From assembly GCA_041622835.1 (NCBI GenBank), contig JBFJYB010000001.1, forward strand, positions 1-33,430: a DNA stretch of 33,430 nucleotides, written 5' to 3'. Origin of the DNA: Acidimicrobiales bacterium. Its GTDB lineage: Bacteria > Actinomycetota > Acidimicrobiia > Acidimicrobiales > JBFJYB01. A model generated the notes under the pieces. It was not told the origin of the DNA, ran no database searches, and worked only from the letters and a program-made list of their open reading frames with translations. Made by a program: the position numbers and the translations under genes. This document shows positions 29,164-33,430 of this stretch, in pieces. Position 1 is the first letter of the stretch; the number at the start of each line of letters is the position of its first letter.

Positions 29164-31170
29164 ATGTTGCGACCACTCACGCTCGTCGCCGTGGCCGCCG
29201 TCGGCGTCGCGGCGTACCCGCTCCCCGTAGTGGCCGAGCAGGTCGACGCACCGGCTGCCATCCAGCCCGAGACCGAGCCTCGGCTCAGCGCCGCGGCGCG
29301 GGCGACCGACGCTGACGGCGACGGGGTGACCGAGGCACTGGCTCGCCAGATCGGCCTCAGCACCGCCGGTGCGCCGGCCACCATCGGCGTGATCGCACTG
29401 CTCGGCGAGACCGGCACCGTCGCCGCAGCCCAGGAGGCGGTTCCGAGCTTGCGCGACGTGCGCGCCTTCGAGCCAGCCACCGCCTTCTCGGCTCGGGTGC
29501 CGGTGGCCGACGTCGAGCGGCTCAGCCAGGTGCCGGGGGTCGAGCTGGTCGAGTGGGACGCACCCGTCCACGCCGCGAACGACCTCGCGACCCGCTTCGG
29601 CGGGGTCGACGCCGTGGTCGACGGCCGCGGCTACACCGGCGACCGCGACGGCTCGGAGACCACGTACTCCCGCAACGACACGGTGGCCGCCGTCCTCGAC
29701 ACCGGGATCGACGTGTCTCACCCGGACCTCGACGGCGGGAAGGTCATCGCCTTCGTCGACTGCGTGGGCGGCTCGTGCACCCCCACGCCGGCCTTCGACG
29801 ACGACCCGACCGGGCACGGCACGCACGTCGCCGCCACCCTGGCCGGCACCGGTGACGGCACCGCCGCCTACCGCGGCGTGGCGCCGGGAGCGGCCCTCGT
29901 CGGCATCAAGGTCCTGAACGGTGCCGGCGACGGGATCGTCGGCGATCTCCGGCGCGGCATCGACTGGGCCGTCGCCAACCGCGGTGCCTACGGGATCAAG
30001 GTGTTGAACCTCTCGGTCCAAGGCGCGGACTGCCAGGCCAACGCGGCGCTCACCGATGCCATCGAGACCGCCTTCCGCAGGGGCCTCCTCGTGGTGGTCG
30101 CCGCCGGCAACCGTGGCCCGAACCCTTGCTCGGTCACCTACCCGGGTGACGTCGCCGAGGCGCTCACCGTCGGCTCGGTCAGAGATCCGGGTGAGGGGGG
30201 CTGGTCGATGGAGCTCACCTCCGGGCGGGGACCCACGGCGAGCGGGCGGACCAAACCCGACGTGGTGGCGCCCGGCGTGGCGATCCGGTCGGCCAAGCCG
30301 GGAGGCGGATACCACAACAAGTCCGGCACGAGCATGGCGACGCCCTACGTCGCCGGCCTGGCGCTGCTGCTCATCGACGCCCGGCCCGACGCGACGGCCG
30401 CCCAGCTGTTCGGGGCCATCGTCGACACGGCCTCGAACTTCGGGGGGCTGGCGACACCCAACGACACCTACGGGACCGGACGGGTGGACGCCGAAGCCGC
30501 GGTCGCCGCCATGGCGGTGGCCTTCGCCTTCGGCAAGGTCGACGACGTCGTGATCATCGGCGACTGGGACGGCGACGGCATCTCGACGCCTGGCATCCAG
30601 CGGGGCAACCTCTTCTATCTGCGGAACCGGAACTCGGGAGGCAAGGCCGACATCGTGTTCGCCTACGGCCGGACCGGTGACGTGCCGGTGGTCGGTGACT
30701 GGGACGGCGACGGCGTCGACACGATCGGTGTCCGGCGGGGAAACGTCTTCTACCTGCGGAACAAGAACACGACCGGTGACGCCGACATCGTCCTCGGGTA
30801 CGGCAAGGCCACCGACACCCCTGTGGTCGGCGACTGGGACGGCAACGGCACCGACACCTTCGGCGTCCGCCGCGACAACCGGTTCTACCTCCGCAACACG
30901 AACACGACCGGCGTCGCCAACATCGTCCTCGCCTACGGCAAGCCCGACGACACCGCCGTGGTCGGCGACTGGGACGGCAACGGCACCGACACCTTCGGCG
31001 TCCATCGCGACGGCCGGTTCCTGCTGCGCAACTCGAACACGTCGGGTCCGGCCCGGGTGGCCGTCGCCTTCGGCGAGGCTGACGACGTGCCGATCATCGG
31101 AGACTGGAACGGCGACAGAACCGACGATCTCGGCGTGCGCGACGGGCGAACCCACCGGCTGCTCCTCTGA
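29164..31170 (+). CDS. Secreted subtilisin-like (S8) serine protease with C-terminal FG-GAP-like repeat domain
   Basis: The ORF is 668 aa. It has a signal peptide (MLRPLTLVAVAAVGVAAYPLPVVAE) and a pro-region. The catalytic triad contexts are VLDTGID (Asp), HGTHVAATLAG (His) and GTSMATPYVAGLALL (Ser). The C-terminus carries 4.8 copies of a 45-aa GDWDG(D/N)G repeat. Confidence 0.9.
   Translation: MLRPLTLVAVAAVGVAAYPLPVVAEQVDAPAAIQPETEPRLSAAARATDADGDGVTEALARQIGLSTAGAPATIGVIALLGETGTVAAAQEAVPSLRDVRAFEPATAFSARVPVADVERLSQVPGVELVEWDAPVHAANDLATRFGGVDAVVDGRGYTGDRDGSETTYSRNDTVAAVLDTGIDVSHPDLDGGKVIAFVDCVGGSCTPTPAFDDDPTGHGTHVAATLAGTGDGTAAYRGVAPGAALVGIKVLNGAGDGIVGDLRRGIDWAVANRGAYGIKVLNLSVQGADCQANAALTDAIETAFRRGLLVVVAAGNRGPNPCSVTYPGDVAEALTVGSVRDPGEGGWSMELTSGRGPTASGRTKPDVVAPGVAIRSAKPGGGYHNKSGTSMATPYVAGLALLLIDARPDATAAQLFGAIVDTASNFGGLATPNDTYGTGRVDAEAAVAAMAVAFAFGKVDDVVIIGDWDGDGISTPGIQRGNLFYLRNRNSGGKADIVFAYGRTGDVPVVGDWDGDGVDTIGVRRGNVFYLRNKNTTGDADIVLGYGKATDTPVVGDWDGNGTDTFGVRRDNRFYLRNTNTTGVANIVLAYGKPDDTAVVGDWDGNGTDTFGVHRDGRFLLRNSNTSGPARVAVAFGEADDVPIIGDWNGDRTDDLGVRDGRTHRLLL
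30523..31167 (+). repeat. In-frame tandem repeat, period exactly 135 bp (45 aa), 4 full copies plus a 35-aa partial copy
   Basis: Copy starts are at 30523, 30658, 30793, 30928 and 31063. The consensus is (F/L)AYGKxxDxPVVGDWDG(D/N)GxDTxGVRRxNxFYLRNxNTTGxAxIV. The GDWDGDG motif is a Ca-binding-type FG-GAP/VCBS-like loop. Confidence 0.9.
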
Positions 31171-31250
31171 GCGTCGCTGTGCCTTCGACGGACCGTCGTA
31201 GCGACCGCAGTAGGCTCGTCTGACCCGAGAACCGACCTCACCCCCACCCC

Positions 31251-32024
31251 ATGGCCCGCTCCGTCATCGTCCACTACCACCTGTTCAAGAACGCAGGCTC
31301 CTCGGTCGAGACCATCCTGAAGGAGAACTTCGGGGCGGCATGGCTCAGCCACGACGGCCCCGATCCGGCCGGCGCCGTGTTCTCTCACGAGCTGGCCCGG
31401 CTCATCGGGGAGCACCCCGACGTGTCGGCCGTGTCGTCGCACCAGGTTCGCCCACCGGTGCCTGCGATCCCCGGGGTCGAGGTCCTGCCGGTCGTGTTCC
31501 TTCGCCACCCTCTCGACCGGGTGCAGTCCATCTACGACTTCGACCGCCGTCGCGGTCCGGTGACCCCCGCCGCAGAGCTCGCGGCCGAGCACGACTTCGC
31601 CGACTACGTCGACGTCCTGCTCGACCGGCCGGGCATCCTGGTTCGCAACTTCCAGGTCAGGGTGCTGACCGACGCCTGGGACTACGATCGCCGCCTGGCG
31701 GCCCGCCTGCCCCTGGCCCAGCACCTGGAGCGGGCGCTGGCCTTCGTCGACTCGCTCCCGGCCGTGGGGCTCGTCTGCCAGTGGGACCTATCCTGGAGCC
31801 AGCTGGCCCCCTGGATCCAGCGCTCCTTCCCGGATTTTCACGTGACGACATCCGCGCACTTCAACGCCGATCCCCATCGCCCCGAGGGCCTCCCCGAACG
31901 CCTGGACCGGCTGCGCGATCGCCTGGGCGACGCGCGGTACCAGCGGCTCGAGGACGCCAATACGGCCGACTTCGAACTGTACGAACGGGCCAGGGCGCGC
32001 CTGGGCGTCGTCGCCGAGGGCTGA
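31251..32024 (+). CDS. Sulfotransferase (family-2-like)
   Basis: The ORF is 257 aa. The N-terminal VIVHYHLFKNAGSSVETIL matches the H-x-P-K-x-G-(G/S)-(T/S) 5'-PSB loop of family 2 sulfotransferases. FLRHPLDRVQSIY matches their R-x-P-x-x-R-x-x-S 3'-PB motif. Confidence 0.75.
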   Translation: MARSVIVHYHLFKNAGSSVETILKENFGAAWLSHDGPDPAGAVFSHELARLIGEHPDVSAVSSHQVRPPVPAIPGVEVLPVVFLRHPLDRVQSIYDFDRRRGPVTPAAELAAEHDFADYVDVLLDRPGILVRNFQVRVLTDAWDYDRRLAARLPLAQHLERALAFVDSLPAVGLVCQWDLSWSQLAPWIQRSFPDFHVTTSAHFNADPHRPEGLPERLDRLRDRLGDARYQRLEDANTADFELYERARARLGVVAEG

Positions 32025-32031
32025 GGCGATC

Positions 32032-33430
32032 GTGGGCCTGCTCGTCGTCGGGATGCACCGCAGCGGCACGTCCGCGGTCGGGCGCGCCCTCGACGCGCTC
32101 GGGCTGTCCACCGGCCCACCCGACCAGCTCATCGGAGCCGACGCGACCAACCGCATGGGGCACTGGGAGGTGCGGCCGGTGACCGACCTCGACGACGAGG
32201 TGCTGGCCGCGATCGACAGCCACTGGGCCGCGCCCGCCCAGCTCGACCCCGACCGACTCCGTGAGCTGGCGCGCGGGCCGTTGGGCGAACGGGCCAGGGC
32301 CCTCGTAGCGGAGCTGCTCCCCGGACGAAGGTGGTTCCTGAAGGATCCCAGGCTGTCGGTGCTGCTGCCGTTTTGGTTCGAGGTCCTGGGCACCGACAAC
32401 GCGGTGCTCCACGTGGTCCGACATCCCGTCGAGGTGGCCGGATCGCTGGCGGCCCGCAACTCGATGGCTGCCGAGGTGGGCAGGGCTCTGTGGGAGCGCT
32501 ACACGCGCCAGGCGCTCATCGACGCGGCCGGCGCCGCATCTCACGTGGTCTCCTACGAGCGGCTCATCGAAGCGCCCGGGGCGACGACCGAGGCGCTGGC
32601 CCGCTTCCTCGAGGCCAACGATCTCCTCGACAGCGAGCCGCCGAGCGCGAGCCGGGTGATCTCCGGCGCCGAGCGCCACCACCACATCCACGCCGGCGCG
32701 GGCCGCGAGGTGCTCAGCTCCGAGCAGCGCCAGCTGCTCGACCTGGTGACCGCGGCCGCCGACGGCCCCGCTCCCACTCCGGACCTGGTGCCGGACGAGA
32801 CGCCAGGGCTCAGCTTCGGCTTCCGGGTCGGCGCCGACGTCGCCGGCCTCGCGCGGGTCGATCTGGCCCGGATCTCTCACGAGCTCGCCGAGGCGCGAAC
32901 CGCGGCCGACTCGACCCTGACCGCCCTCCACGCCGAGCTCGCCGAAGTCAGGCGCCACGCTCAATCGGAGCTCGAGGAGATCGACCGCCTCACGGTCGAG
33001 ACCCACCATCTGCGGGACGAGCTGTCGGTCGCGTATCGGACCTCAGCGGCGCGCACCGACCTCGAGGCAACGACCCGCGACCTACAACTTGCGCTGGCCG
33101 AGGCCGCCAGCACCGCGTCGCGCGTCGGCGCCCTCGAGGACGAGCTGCACCGCGTCGAGCAGCGTCTCCTCACCGAGATGGGGTCGAGCTCGTACCAGGC
33201 GATCGCGATGTACCGGCGCGTCGCGACCCAGCTGCTGCCCCCGCCCACCCGGCGAGGTCGCGCCTATCGCAGGACGCTGGGTGTGGCCCGGCGCGGCGCC
33301 GCCGGCGCCATCGGCCAGGCCCAGCGGATGCGCGCCAGGCGGGCGGCGCGCCAGGGACCGGACCCGGCGACCTGGCCCCCGGGCGTGGACATGCGGCCGA
33401 GCGACTCGCCCCTCGCGTCCATCGTCATCC
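32032..33430 (+). CDS. Multidomain protein: N-terminal sulfotransferase domain + long coiled coil; continues beyond the right edge
   Basis: This ORF is not in the track because it has no stop in the window. My translation from GTG 32032, 7 nt after the previous stop, is VGLLVVGMHRSGTSAVGRALDALGL... (5'-PSB loop GMHRSGTS), ...WFLKDPRLSVLLPFW..., VVRHPVEVAGSL (3'-PB type). Roughly 105 aa of heptad-like Ala/Glu/Leu/Arg-rich sequence follow (LTALHAELAEVRRHAQSELEEIDRLTVETHHLRDEL...ALEDELHRVEQRLLTE). The window ends at ...PLASIVI, which resembles the first strand of a GT2 domain; that last point is inference. Confidence 0.75.
   Translation, partial: MGLLVVGMHRSGTSAVGRALDALGLSTGPPDQLIGADATNRMGHWEVRPVTDLDDEVLAAIDSHWAAPAQLDPDRLRELARGPLGERARALVAELLPGRRWFLKDPRLSVLLPFWFEVLGTDNAVLHVVRHPVEVAGSLAARNSMAAEVGRALWERYTRQALIDAAGAASHVVSYERLIEAPGATTEALARFLEANDLLDSEPPSASRVISGAERHHHIHAGAGREVLSSEQRQLLDLVTAAADGPAPTPDLVPDETPGLSFGFRVGADVAGLARVDLARISHELAEARTAADSTLTALHAELAEVRRHAQSELEEIDRLTVETHHLRDELSVAYRTSAARTDLEATTRDLQLALAEAASTASRVGALEDELHRVEQRLLTEMGSSSYQAIAMYRRVATQLLPPPTRRGRAYRRTLGVARRGAAGAIGQAQRMRARRAARQGPDPATWPPGVDMRPSDSPLASIVI

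Noticed and set aside
29056-31155. N-terminal 700 aa of track ORF 27691..31155 (minus strand)
   Set aside because: It is antisense to the S8 protease gene. Its repetitive translation (VAVPVADH... units) is merely the reverse-complement reading of the 135-bp coding repeats. The flavoprotein clearly starts at the FAD-binding motif near 29055.
30523-31167. Regularly spaced 135-bp repeats, considered as a CRISPR array or non-coding satellite
   Set aside because: The repeats are in frame within a long ORF with strong codon bias and encode a recognisable GDWDGDG protein repeat. There is no repeat/spacer alternation.

Overview
This is a 33.4 kb, very high-G+C window (about 70% by eye, not computed), densely coding on both strands. 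Its gene content is typical of an Actinomycetota chromosome. I support about 30 protein genes and found no rRNA, tRNA, CRISPR array, transposase or integrase. Housekeeping genes (ftsH, cofD/fbiA, cofE, birA, accA-type biotin carboxylase/BCCP, an lpdA-like flavoprotein) are interleaved with a large cell-envelope glycan region. That region holds one GT2 fused to a polytopic membrane domain with a DUF5719-like partner, four GT4 glycosyltransferases and GDP-mannose 4,6-dehydratase. It also holds both an Rmd-like reductase and a GDP-L-fucose synthase, an SDR epimerase, a SAM methyltransferase and an LCP-family ligase. The most unusual content is three sulfotransferase-fold genes. One is translationally coupled to a class IV aminotransferase just upstream of the LCP gene. 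Two lie in tandem at the right edge behind a secreted S8 protease with 45-aa FG-GAP-like repeats, and the last of these carries a long coiled coil and runs off the window. Together these suggest an uncharacterised sulfated and methylated 6-deoxyhexose envelope glycan system. The many long antisense or overlapping ORFs in the track are high-GC shadow ORFs. Real starts were placed by domain boundaries, Shine-Dalgarno-like motifs and six 4-nt start/stop overlaps. All family assignments come from motif recognition by eye and need database confirmation.
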